Part shown: positions 55,383-64,000 of the stretch, piece by piece
Numbering within the stretch: position 1 is the first letter of the stretch
How the letters are laid out: every line of letters begins with the position of its first letter
Assembly (NCBI GenBank): GCA_050294405.1
Contig: JBNKOC010000009.1
Span: 32,001 to 96,000 of the forward strand
Direction of reading: 5' to 3'
DNA: 64,000 nt
From: Fibrobacteria bacterium
Lineage (GTDB): Bacteria > Fibrobacterota > Fibrobacteria > UBA11236 > JADFYW01
The notes under the pieces: generated by a model
What the model saw: only the letters and a program-made list of their open reading frames with translations
Told to the model about the DNA's origin: nothing
Database searches by the model: none
Translations under genes and position numbers: made by a program

Positions 55383-58036
55383 TAGTTCGACTCCTCCTTA
55401 TTTTGATTTTGCTGTCCGCTACGTTTTGGAATTGTTCTAATGAGTCTCTTGCAGGGGGATCGGAAATCGGAAATCCGGAAACCACCATTATAGCTGGCAT
55501 GGTTTTCGAAGAGGATGGCAGCACACCAGCCAGTGGAGCGCTGGTCAAATTGCGGCCTCAAAATTATTTGGCAGATACATCTCAGATAAATCGCCAAAGT
55601 ATAAGTGGACAGGGCAAGGATACTATCGCAAATTCTAATGGGGAATTTTTCATAACCAATTTGGACACCGGTAAATATTACCTTGAAATTCAAGGCCAAG
55701 CCAGCCAGGGAATTTTTACTGCGGTTTATATATCTGAAATCGTAGATACCTTGTTTCTCGGGGAACATTTTTTAAAGAAAACGGGGTCTATTACAGGGGC
55801 CGTGGAAAACAGCTTTGAAGGGAATCAAGCTGCTTATGTGCAAATTTATGGTATGGATAAGGTGGCGCCGGTAGACCCTGTGACTCAGCAGTACGAAATT
55901 CACGAAATTCCCGAGGGGGATTTTACTTTAAAAATACTAAGCAGTGCTCCTAATATAAGTCCGGTGGAAGTGAAGGCCTCCACAGTTTCCAACGATACCC
56001 TGAAATTAAGCGCTGTTACTCTAAGGCCCTTTTATAGCGATTGGAAAGAACAGGAAAAATTTTATTTAAACACATCTATTACAGGTGCTAACATCTACTC
56101 TGATGTTTATGGCTTTCCTCTCTTGTTAAGGCTCTCAGAAGACAATGTGGATTTTGATAACATCCGGCCCGAGGAAATCCGCATGGCTAATCATAAGGGA
56201 CAGCCCCTGGTATTCGAAATAGAAAGTTGGGATGCACAAAATAAAACAGCCCAACTTTGGGTGCTTTTAGATACGGTTTTTGCGCAAAGTACTAAGCAAT
56301 ACATTTCTCTTTTGTGGGGCAATTCAGAGGCGGTTTTTCCAGAATTTGAAGAATCCGTATTTAGCCTTAAAAATGGGTTTTCAGCGGTTTGGCATTTTGA
56401 GAAGAGGGCGTTTGAGAATGAGGCGAACATAAAAGACTGGAGTGGAAATAATAACCACGGAGTATCGAAAGGGCAGTGGTCAGATGCGAATTACGAGGAG
56501 GGTGTCTCGGGGGCATCGATTTTTTTGGATGGGGTAGATGATTATATAAGTTTTGCCAATACAGAAAATATTCCTATACATAACGACAGTTACACATTAT
56601 CCGGATGGATTCAGGTGAGGGATATGGGTGTATACAGCATGTTAGGCTGGGGTGAGTATACTGTTAAAAAAAGCAATGCCTTTAGAGTGGCCCCGGATTT
56701 CGGCGGAGGCTTGCGAAATTACTGGTATGCCCATGATTTAACCGTTGAAACCGGGGACATATCCGGGCAATGGCGCCATGTGGTGGCTTTATATGATGGA
56801 ATTAAGAGAAAAATATATATGGATGGAATGTTAATGGGAGAAGATGTTCCGGATGGCCATGATGTTCCTTATTCTCATAATTTGACTATAGGGACGGCAT
56901 GTTGTGACGAGTTTTTTACAGGTAAAATGGACGAGCTGAGAATAAGCAAAGCCCCTCGATCTGAGAGTTGGATAAAATTGAGTTACCAAAACCAGAAACC
57001 CGGCCAAACCCTGCTGGAAAAAGGCTTGGAAGAATGGGAGCATTCGGCTTCACTTGTTTTATCTTTAGACAGCTTGGACTTATCTCAGGATGTTAATGGC
57101 TATCCTTTATTGCTAAAACTTCATTCAGGGAATTTTAACTTCGATGAAACACAAGTGGATGGTTCGGATTTGCGTTTTACAGATGTTAGTGGTATTCGTC
57201 TGTCCCACGAAATAGAATATTGGGATAAAACGGGCGAACAGGGGGTTGTCTGGATTTTATACGATAGTATTTCAGCGGATTTGGATAGCCTAAAACTGCG
57301 AATGTATTGGGGCAATAACATGGCAGGAATCTCGCAAAACCCAGGTCAGGTATTCAAAAATGAGTTAGGCTTTGCGGGCGTTTGGCATTTGTCCGAGGAG
57401 GCGCAGGGTAGGGGGACGTCTAATGTTTATAGAAATTTTGTTGAAGATTTGGGCCACGGCGCGGATAGCATTTCTAGCAGCAGAAAAACAGGATGGATTG
57501 GAAGAGCGGCTCATTTTGTGGAGGGTGATTATATTCCCATATCAAAATCCCCCCTCTCCTTTTATCAAAAAGATAATATCAGTATTTCCACTTGGGTGAA
57601 ATTAGACAGTTTGGATTTGGGAGGCGGTTTGATTTTTACTATGGGAGATAATTATGGGCTGCGATTTACCCAAACTGGGGTGACCTTCTGGACTCATCAA
57701 CTCCAGTCGGATAGTTCCGTTTTCCAGGACAGGGAGGTAGACTGGAATTTTTTGGGCGGCAGCTGGCATCATCTGGTGGCTACTTTTAACACGGACAGCA
57801 GTTTTATTTTTATTGATGGGAGTCGAATAGGGAGCTTTGGCTCTAGCCAACCCATACAATTTTCCCGCTATAGCTATAGCTTGATTGGAAGGCACATACC
57901 TGAGAGGCAGGGGCTTTTCCAATTTTATGGAAGTTTAGATGAATTGAGATTATACTCTAAAGTGTTATCTGGGGATTGGATTGCGTTGGATTTTTTCCTT
58001 CAATCAGGGGATAAATGGACTATCAAAAAGAAATAG
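55379..58036 (+). CDS. Lipoprotein with carboxypeptidase-regulatory-like domain and two DUF2341+LamG modules
   Basis: WNCS...GGSEIGN; duplicated PLLLxL...EIExWD...WGN...VWH and GxxDELR motifs. Confidence 0.8.
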   Translation: MIVRLLLILILLSATFWNCSNESLAGGSEIGNPETTIIAGMVFEEDGSTPASGALVKLRPQNYLADTSQINRQSISGQGKDTIANSNGEFFITNLDTGKYYLEIQGQASQGIFTAVYISEIVDTLFLGEHFLKKTGSITGAVENSFEGNQAAYVQIYGMDKVAPVDPVTQQYEIHEIPEGDFTLKILSSAPNISPVEVKASTVSNDTLKLSAVTLRPFYSDWKEQEKFYLNTSITGANIYSDVYGFPLLLRLSEDNVDFDNIRPEEIRMANHKGQPLVFEIESWDAQNKTAQLWVLLDTVFAQSTKQYISLLWGNSEAVFPEFEESVFSLKNGFSAVWHFEKRAFENEANIKDWSGNNNHGVSKGQWSDANYEEGVSGASIFLDGVDDYISFANTENIPIHNDSYTLSGWIQVRDMGVYSMLGWGEYTVKKSNAFRVAPDFGGGLRNYWYAHDLTVETGDISGQWRHVVALYDGIKRKIYMDGMLMGEDVPDGHDVPYSHNLTIGTACCDEFFTGKMDELRISKAPRSESWIKLSYQNQKPGQTLLEKGLEEWEHSASLVLSLDSLDLSQDVNGYPLLLKLHSGNFNFDETQVDGSDLRFTDVSGIRLSHEIEYWDKTGEQGVVWILYDSISADLDSLKLRMYWGNNMAGISQNPGQVFKNELGFAGVWHLSEEAQGRGTSNVYRNFVEDLGHGADSISSSRKTGWIGRAAHFVEGDYIPISKSPLSFYQKDNISISTWVKLDSLDLGGGLIFTMGDNYGLRFTQTGVTFWTHQLQSDSSVFQDREVDWNFLGGSWHHLVATFNTDSSFIFIDGSRIGSFGSSQPIQFSRYSYSLIGRHIPERQGLFQFYGSLDELRLYSKVLSGDWIALDFFLQSGDKWTIKKK

Positions 58037-58253
58037 TACGAATCTTTATTTTTATATGAATATATCCGCATAAATTGCTTTGCTATTGCATGGCTTGGAG
58101 GAGATAAATTACCTTGGATTTTCACAATTTTGAATTTTTAATCCGTTTTCTAAATAGAAAACGATTTCTGCAAAAAGGCATAAGGATTATTTTAATTTTC
58201 TGCCTATATTTAAATTACCTGGGCGTTATTCCTTTTAGGAGGGGGTTATTTTT

Positions 58254-60092
58254 ATGAGGTTAGCTGGTTTAATAGGTATTTTAGGAATCATAGGTGCCGG
58301 TTCCGTAATAGGGGATGACAGGGTTCCCGGAGATGGATGGAGTGTGAATGCGCCAGCTCATCCGGATTATCTCTTGCAAGATATAAAACCTTCTGGGTGG
58401 AATGTTAGGGTTGGGGGAATGGATTTTCTTTCTGATGGAAGAATGGTTATTTCTGATTGGGGCGCCGACATGGCTGAGACGGGAAAACTGCTCATCTTAA
58501 GTAATGTTACTTCTGGAAATGGAAATCAAGTTCAGGCGAAAGAAATTGTGACTCAGCTTAAAGAGCCCTTGGGTATTAAAGTCGTAAACGATGAAATTTA
58601 TTTTCTATCCAAAAAAAGATTGGGAAAAGTGACTAATTATGATTCCAATAATCCTACTGTTGAAACCGTTGTGGAGGGTTGGGATTATCCTACAGATGGG
58701 GATAGAGGAAGTTGTGGTTGCGAAAGATGGCATCTTTTTGCTTTCGGTCTTGTACATAAGGTGGAAGACGGCAAAGATTATTTTTATGGAACACTAGGAG
58801 GCGAGTATCCACCAAGCGGCACCCAGGGAGGCGATAGAGGAAGCCTTATTAAAATGGATCCTGAAAATGGCAGTTTTGAAGTTATCGCTGGTGGTCTTAG
58901 AACTCCCAACGGAGTTGAAATTGGTCCTGATGGAGAAATCTTTCAGGCAGAAAACCAAGGCCACTGGGTTCCAGCGGACAAGCTAAACGTCTTACGTCAG
59001 GGCGGGTTTTACGGGATGCAAAATGATCGCAGTAATCCTTTTCATCGTTCCGCGAACCAGCAGGATCCCCCAGCTATTTGGATTCCCTATCCTGAAGTGG
59101 GTAAGTCCAATGGAGAGCCTCTATACATTAGAGATGGCATTTTTAAAGGGCAAATGTTTATTACAGATGTATCCTTTGGAGGCTTGCAAAGAATCTTTTT
59201 GGAAAGAGTTAATGGAATGTATCAGGGAGCTATTTTCCACCATAGCGGAGGATTTGAGGCGGGTACTAATCGAATCGAATACGGTCCCGATAGCGCCATA
59301 TATGTAGGTCAAATTGGCAGTAACTCAAACTGGCATTGGAACAATAGGCAATATGGACTACAGCGAATGTCCTGGAAGGGTACTGTGACTTTTGAGATGC
59401 TGGCTATCCGCTCCATTTCCAACAATGAATTTGAAATCGAGTTTACCGGTGAGGTGGGCAACAGCGCTTCCAATTTGGCAAATTATGATTTGGAAAGATT
59501 CAGCTATGTTCCTGAAGAAACCTACGGCGGAGGAAAACAGCCTAATGAAAATGTTGTGGTAGAAGCGGTTACTGTTTCCGAAGATAAGAAAAAAGTGACC
59601 TTAAGAGTAAACAATATTCCAAAGGAGTTTTTGGGCACGGTGGTTTATTTTAACATTAGAGGGGTGACTTCTGCTGATGGCAAAACTCCGCTCAATGATG
59701 AAGCTTGGTACACTTTACACGACTACGGTCCTGCCGAAAAAGGCGGCTGTACGGATCCTGCCTACGAAGAATATTCTGCGGACAATGTATATGATGATGG
59801 AATAAGCTGTTTAACAGAAACAGTGTCCATTAAAAAAGAGCAAAACATTTTGGCCCGGGAGTTTAGGGATATGGGGATGTTTTCCGGGGCCGATGGAAAA
59901 CTGTGGATTTATAATCCATTGTCCCAGGAAACAAAATTGGAAGTTTTTAATATGAGAGGTCGTAAAGTTCTTGAAATGGTACTAAACAGCAAGGAAAAGA
60001 GCTTTATTGACCTGCAAATGGAAAGAGGCTTATATCAATTTAAATTCAAATCAGGTCCATTTGAATTTACACAGCCTTGGGTTAAGTATTAA
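58254..60092 (+). CDS. Secreted beta-propeller protein (sugar-dehydrogenase-like) with C-terminal sorting domain
   Basis: VGGMDFLSDGRM, GLRTPNG, ENQGHW, FKGQMF; GCTDP linker; VFNMRGRKV. Confidence 0.65.
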   Translation: MRLAGLIGILGIIGAGSVIGDDRVPGDGWSVNAPAHPDYLLQDIKPSGWNVRVGGMDFLSDGRMVISDWGADMAETGKLLILSNVTSGNGNQVQAKEIVTQLKEPLGIKVVNDEIYFLSKKRLGKVTNYDSNNPTVETVVEGWDYPTDGDRGSCGCERWHLFAFGLVHKVEDGKDYFYGTLGGEYPPSGTQGGDRGSLIKMDPENGSFEVIAGGLRTPNGVEIGPDGEIFQAENQGHWVPADKLNVLRQGGFYGMQNDRSNPFHRSANQQDPPAIWIPYPEVGKSNGEPLYIRDGIFKGQMFITDVSFGGLQRIFLERVNGMYQGAIFHHSGGFEAGTNRIEYGPDSAIYVGQIGSNSNWHWNNRQYGLQRMSWKGTVTFEMLAIRSISNNEFEIEFTGEVGNSASNLANYDLERFSYVPEETYGGGKQPNENVVVEAVTVSEDKKKVTLRVNNIPKEFLGTVVYFNIRGVTSADGKTPLNDEAWYTLHDYGPAEKGGCTDPAYEEYSADNVYDDGISCLTETVSIKKEQNILAREFRDMGMFSGADGKLWIYNPLSQETKLEVFNMRGRKVLEMVLNSKEKSFIDLQMERGLYQFKFKSGPFEFTQPWVKY

Positions 60093-60260
60093 TTGAATTG
60101 TAGTTTATGGGGTTTGGAAAAAAATAATTTCTGTTGTAAATATAAACCTGGATACATCAATATATTCAGGTTTAATTTAGGACCTACCAAAGAACCGATG
60201 GTATTTGAAATTGATTTAGGTTTCCACAATTTTTGACAAATAGTTTTGAAAGGCAGTTTT

Positions 60261-61829
60261 ATGAAATTTAACAAACTTGGGAGTATTATTTTTTTGGGGG
60301 CTTTGCTGGCTTGTTCCTCTATAATGGCCAATTCAGAGGATGAGCCGACCATTAATCTGCAACCCCTGTCTGGCGGGGGCTTTTTTGAATACGGAAATGC
60401 CTATAAGACCCTCCGGAACGGCTCCGAAGACACCGACTACATCACCCTGCACAACACTGTAGCCTGGTTTACTCAAAAGGCTACCATTAATGACCGGCTG
60501 AAAGTCGCCTTTGGAGTAGGGGGTACCTTCTTTTATAAATACCCCACTACCAGTTCTTCAGCTGAAACCTATTTCAGAACTTCGGCTGTGGGTATTTCAC
60601 AGGCCATGGTGCAATACGGTTTTGGAGATATAGAAGATCCATGGCTGAATCTCACAGTGGGATATTTTCCATTTAAATACAATTCAAACACCAAAAATTT
60701 CGGAGAATATTTATTTCGGGCTAAAGCCTACCCCAGTCAGTTGGTAAACGGAAGCTGGCATTTTGTGAACAACGCTTTTGCCGAGGCTTCGGGATTCCGA
60801 TTGAATTTTCCAATGATGGATAAAAAGTTAAATCTAGACCTGTTCCTCACCAACACCATTGATGTTTACCCGCTGTATGATATTTCTATTGCAGGGCTGG
60901 TCTCTTATAAAATGGAAAATGAGTTATTCGAAATAGGTGCCGGAGTTAACTTTGATAGAATTATTCCCGCCAGAAATTCTCTGACTCAACCCAAACAGCG
61001 CAATAACTCCTATTTTAACCACAGCCGCTTCCCCGGTAAAACTCTTACAGGAAATACTGAATATTATTCAGGGGCCGAAACCTATTACGGCAGTCAGATT
61101 TCTGCCCTTGACGAAGACGATCCTGCCATGGCACCTGAAATTGCCAGGTTGGAGGCTCTCCAATCAGCTTACTCGGACACTCTGGATTACTTGCTAGATA
61201 CCTTATATGTGGCATTTGACATTCAGGAAAAAGCCGCAAATGGAATTCCTAATGACGAATCAAGATTTACGAATGCAGAGGTAGCCAGCATTACGGGAGG
61301 ATATACCAACGAAAAGTTCTATACCTTTCAGGCTATAAAGACCATGGCGTATTTCAGTTTTAACATTCAAAGTATTTTAGAACTCGACATTTTAGGAAAA
61401 GACGCTTTTAAAATCTATGGAGAAATTGCCGTCTTGGGCATTCAGGATTACCCCCTGTTATACGATGATATCATGGAGCGAACACCTATGATGCTGGGCT
61501 TTCATTTTCCCACATTTAATTTACTGGATAATTTTGGGGTGGAAGTGGAGTACCTTCCGAACCCCTGGTTAAATTCCTCTGAAAAAGTTTTACAGAGCAA
61601 GATCCCCTTTCCCAAAATTGGCGAGGCCCGGGTCAACCCCTGGGATGAAGATGATTTTAGATGGATTATTTTTGCGCAAAAAACCATATTCCCCCGCGTA
61701 ACGGCTGGGTTTCAGGCAGGCAAAGACCATCTGCGGCCTATCGAAGGAAACTTTGCACCCTCTCAGGCATCCATTTTACAGCTACCGGGAGCCTGGTACT
61801 ATGCTTTGAGGTTGCAAGTTAGCATTTAA
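60261..61829 (+). CDS. Hypothetical outer-membrane (porin-like) protein
   Basis: Signal peptide; GYFPFKYN..NFGEYLFR; beta-strand pattern. Confidence 0.55.
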   Translation: MKFNKLGSIIFLGALLACSSIMANSEDEPTINLQPLSGGGFFEYGNAYKTLRNGSEDTDYITLHNTVAWFTQKATINDRLKVAFGVGGTFFYKYPTTSSSAETYFRTSAVGISQAMVQYGFGDIEDPWLNLTVGYFPFKYNSNTKNFGEYLFRAKAYPSQLVNGSWHFVNNAFAEASGFRLNFPMMDKKLNLDLFLTNTIDVYPLYDISIAGLVSYKMENELFEIGAGVNFDRIIPARNSLTQPKQRNNSYFNHSRFPGKTLTGNTEYYSGAETYYGSQISALDEDDPAMAPEIARLEALQSAYSDTLDYLLDTLYVAFDIQEKAANGIPNDESRFTNAEVASITGGYTNEKFYTFQAIKTMAYFSFNIQSILELDILGKDAFKIYGEIAVLGIQDYPLLYDDIMERTPMMLGFHFPTFNLLDNFGVEVEYLPNPWLNSSEKVLQSKIPFPKIGEARVNPWDEDDFRWIIFAQKTIFPRVTAGFQAGKDHLRPIEGNFAPSQASILQLPGAWYYALRLQVSI

Positions 61830-61854
61830 TTAAACGAAAATAGGAAGGTACGAT

Positions 61855-63099
61855 ATGAACAAAATAATATTAACCCTGGTTATGCTGATAGCCAATATCG
61901 ATCTCGTGTTCAGCGAATGTGCAGATACCGGTAACCGAAAAGGGATGGGAAATATTGATTCTGCTTCCCTGGTGCTCGGCTTGGATCCTAATGCACCCGT
62001 CAATACCCTTACAGAAATGGAGGAAAAGCTTGGCTGGGAATTGTTATTCGATGGTACCTCAAGTAGCATGCGAGACAACTGGAAAGGACATAAAAACCCT
62101 ACCTTGGGTTCCGGCTGGCAAATCAATTCAGACGCGATGCATATGAGCACTCCTTCTGGGGATGCCGAAACCAAGGAATCCTGGACCAATTTTGTTCTTG
62201 CTACGGATTGGCGAATTTGGGAATGCGGGAATTCCGGTATTTTTGTACGGGGAGATCCCAATTATGGGAATTCAGCCTTTGGTACTACCATGGAATATCA
62301 AATTCTGGATAATACCTGTCACGGGGACCGTGCTGTGCAGCAAACCTGTGCTTCTGCGGTTTACGGAGTGATTCAACCCACTCGCGATGGCCAGCCTACT
62401 TCCCTCTATTGGGATGCATCTAACCCCGAATACGAAGACCAACCATTTGAAGGTAAAAAGGTCACAAAATGGAACAAAACTTTTATCAAGTCCAATGGGG
62501 TCTTTCATGACACTTGGTTGAATGGAATCCGAGTGGGCAATTATGAAATAGGTAATGCTACCTGGGATTCGATGAGAACTATCAGCCGAACCCAGTGGCT
62601 GGATGCAAGTGAGGCTAGAAATCCAGATTGGGGCGAAATCAGAAAAGGGGTAATTGTTTTTCAGGATCATACGGATAAAAACTGGTATCGTAACGTCAAA
62701 ATTAAACCTTTGCCTGAAGATGGATCAGCTACATTATGTGATTATTATCCAGGTTCTCCTGAATGTGAAGATTCTGAAAATCCAGTTCACCGGGAAAATT
62801 ATTGCATGATTTACGAAAATACCGAAAATGCCTGTGCTGTAAATACAGTTCGTTATGAGATCACCAATCGAGGAAATGCAATTGGAATAGGGGATTATAA
62901 CATCAGGTTTGAAGGAACAGGGTATCACGAATTTGTATTGTATGATTTAAAGGGCAACGCTATTAAATCCTTTTCTGGTAATGGTTCAAATACTCATTCT
63001 ATTAACTCCATTAAGCAGGGGATATATTTCTTAAAAGGAAATTTTGTGGATAACAAGGGCCGTCAGCAAAGTGTTTCCCAACGGGTGGATATCTTTTAA
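61855..63099 (+). CDS. DUF1080 (3-keto-disaccharide hydrolase-like) secreted protein with C-terminal sorting domain
   Basis: GWELLFDG, GNSGIF, EYQILDN, FQDH, WYRNVKIK; LYDLKGN...GIYFLK. Confidence 0.85.
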   Translation: MNKIILTLVMLIANIDLVFSECADTGNRKGMGNIDSASLVLGLDPNAPVNTLTEMEEKLGWELLFDGTSSSMRDNWKGHKNPTLGSGWQINSDAMHMSTPSGDAETKESWTNFVLATDWRIWECGNSGIFVRGDPNYGNSAFGTTMEYQILDNTCHGDRAVQQTCASAVYGVIQPTRDGQPTSLYWDASNPEYEDQPFEGKKVTKWNKTFIKSNGVFHDTWLNGIRVGNYEIGNATWDSMRTISRTQWLDASEARNPDWGEIRKGVIVFQDHTDKNWYRNVKIKPLPEDGSATLCDYYPGSPECEDSENPVHRENYCMIYENTENACAVNTVRYEITNRGNAIGIGDYNIRFEGTGYHEFVLYDLKGNAIKSFSGNGSNTHSINSIKQGIYFLKGNFVDNKGRQQSVSQRVDIF

Positions 63100-63123
63100 C
63101 TCCTAAAAGAAATTTTTAAAATT

Positions 63124-63157
63124 AAGGTTAAGTAATTTTTATTACTTAACCTTTTTT
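63124..63157. terminator. Bidirectional terminator
   Basis: AAGGTTAAGTAAT-TTTT-ATTACTTAACCTT perfect 13-bp stem. Confidence 0.75.
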
Positions 63158-63974
63158 ATTTTAAGATGTTATGTTTCCTGAAGAACGTTTCACTGGCCCT
63201 AAATGCTTCCTGATATTGATTGGCAAAAGGGTATAAGTCAGGGGTAAGATCACCCCCGTAGCCTATTTCGGTCAAAGCCAAAAAAATATCTTCAAAATTT
63301 ATATCCCCATCTCCAAAGAGCAAATGTTGGTGGACCCTGTTTTTTATATCTTCAAAATGGATGTTAAGCAAATAAGGGAAAAGGGCTTTAAGGCTTTGAG
63401 GGATATCCTCACCCAGAACTTGGGAATGGCCAACATCAAAGGTTAAAAACAGCTCCCCCTCATAGCGCTGGCACAATTCGAGCATTTGAGGGGTGCTGTG
63501 GATAACATGCTCAGGTTCTTGCTCAAGAGTAAGTTTAATGGCGGGATTTAGCTTTTTTAAAATTTTATCAATCCCAACATATAAATTCATCATGGCGCTC
63601 ATTGGAATGTCGTCTTCTACCCGCAAACCTGTGGTGATGGTAAATTTATTAGGCAACAATCGGTTGGCAATTTCCACGCATTTTAAAACTATCTCCAATT
63701 TATCCTTAGATTCGGATTTGGCAGTGGCGGCTAATCCGGGAAAGTGAGCTGTTCCAGATCCCAAATGAGGGTGGCCCAAATGAATACTTCGAAGAAATAA
63801 TTTTTTTTCTTTGATGTATGTTGCAATATCTTCCCAATAGGGATGGTCGTTATATCTCTCCAGCATTTTGGGAGTGATGACTAACTCCACGCCCGGGAAA
63901 ATATTTTGCGGGTATAAGTCCAGCACCTTGTCCAAAGGCAGATCAGGAAGCGAGCCAGTGCTATAACACAGCAT
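63156..63974 (-). CDS. Sugar phosphate isomerase/epimerase (xylose-isomerase-like TIM barrel)
   Basis: LEQEP, FDVGH, NIHFEDI, HQHLLFGDGDI. Confidence 0.8.
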   Translation of the reverse strand: MLCYSTGSLPDLPLDKVLDLYPQNIFPGVELVITPKMLERYNDHPYWEDIATYIKEKKLFLRSIHLGHPHLGSGTAHFPGLAATAKSESKDKLEIVLKCVEIANRLLPNKFTITTGLRVEDDIPMSAMMNLYVGIDKILKKLNPAIKLTLEQEPEHVIHSTPQMLELCQRYEGELFLTFDVGHSQVLGEDIPQSLKALFPYLLNIHFEDIKNRVHQHLLFGDGDINFEDIFLALTEIGYGGDLTPDLYPFANQYQEAFRASETFFRKHNILK

Positions 63975-64000
63975 TTAAATATTGGCTGAGAATATGTTTT

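Noticed and set aside
1260..63747. Numerous 60-150 aa ORFs overlapping longer genes (e.g. 55120-55768, 34408-35282, 47348-48004, 61830-62670)
   Set aside because: Antisense or alternate-frame shadows of well-supported genes, with no motifs
1..64000. CRISPR array, rRNA, IS transposase or known riboswitch
   Set aside because: No regularly spaced repeats, rRNA-like tracts, transposase motifs or recognisable aptamer consensus seen by eye; an Rfam scan would be needed to exclude riboswitches

Overview
AT-rich bacterial chromosome segment, most likely Fibrobacterota (inferred from a TIGR02147-type regulator/lipoprotein pair, T9SS/FlgD-like C-terminal tails on CAZymes and a PorV-like barrel). From left to right it holds: an outer-membrane/secretion operon (1-8.2 kb); a sigma54-driven flagellar cluster flgJ-flgN-flgK-flgL-fliC-fliW-csrA (8.5-14.7 kb); housekeeping and pectin/xylan-degrading genes (14.7-35.4 kb); a ~7 kb integrative element in the 3' end of tRNA-Pro(CGG), bounded by a 26-bp direct repeat (36093-43134); then TPR/lipoprotein genes, an attenuator-controlled DAHP synthase, GH84, GH26, a channel, an MFS transporter and secreted carbohydrate-active proteins. 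The island is the most unusual part. Its att core lies inside the integrase ORF, so excision would swap an 11-aa tail for an in-frame 83-aa tail. It carries a separately promoted tRNA-like RNA with a G3:U70 acceptor stem and a long hairpin replacing the anticodon loop. It also has a CapH/CapP-like HTH+metallopeptidase pair divergent from an apparently antisense-controlled HNH nuclease, plus PEP-CTERM, HEPN-like and terminase-small-subunit genes. All family calls come from motif recognition by eye; no database search was run.
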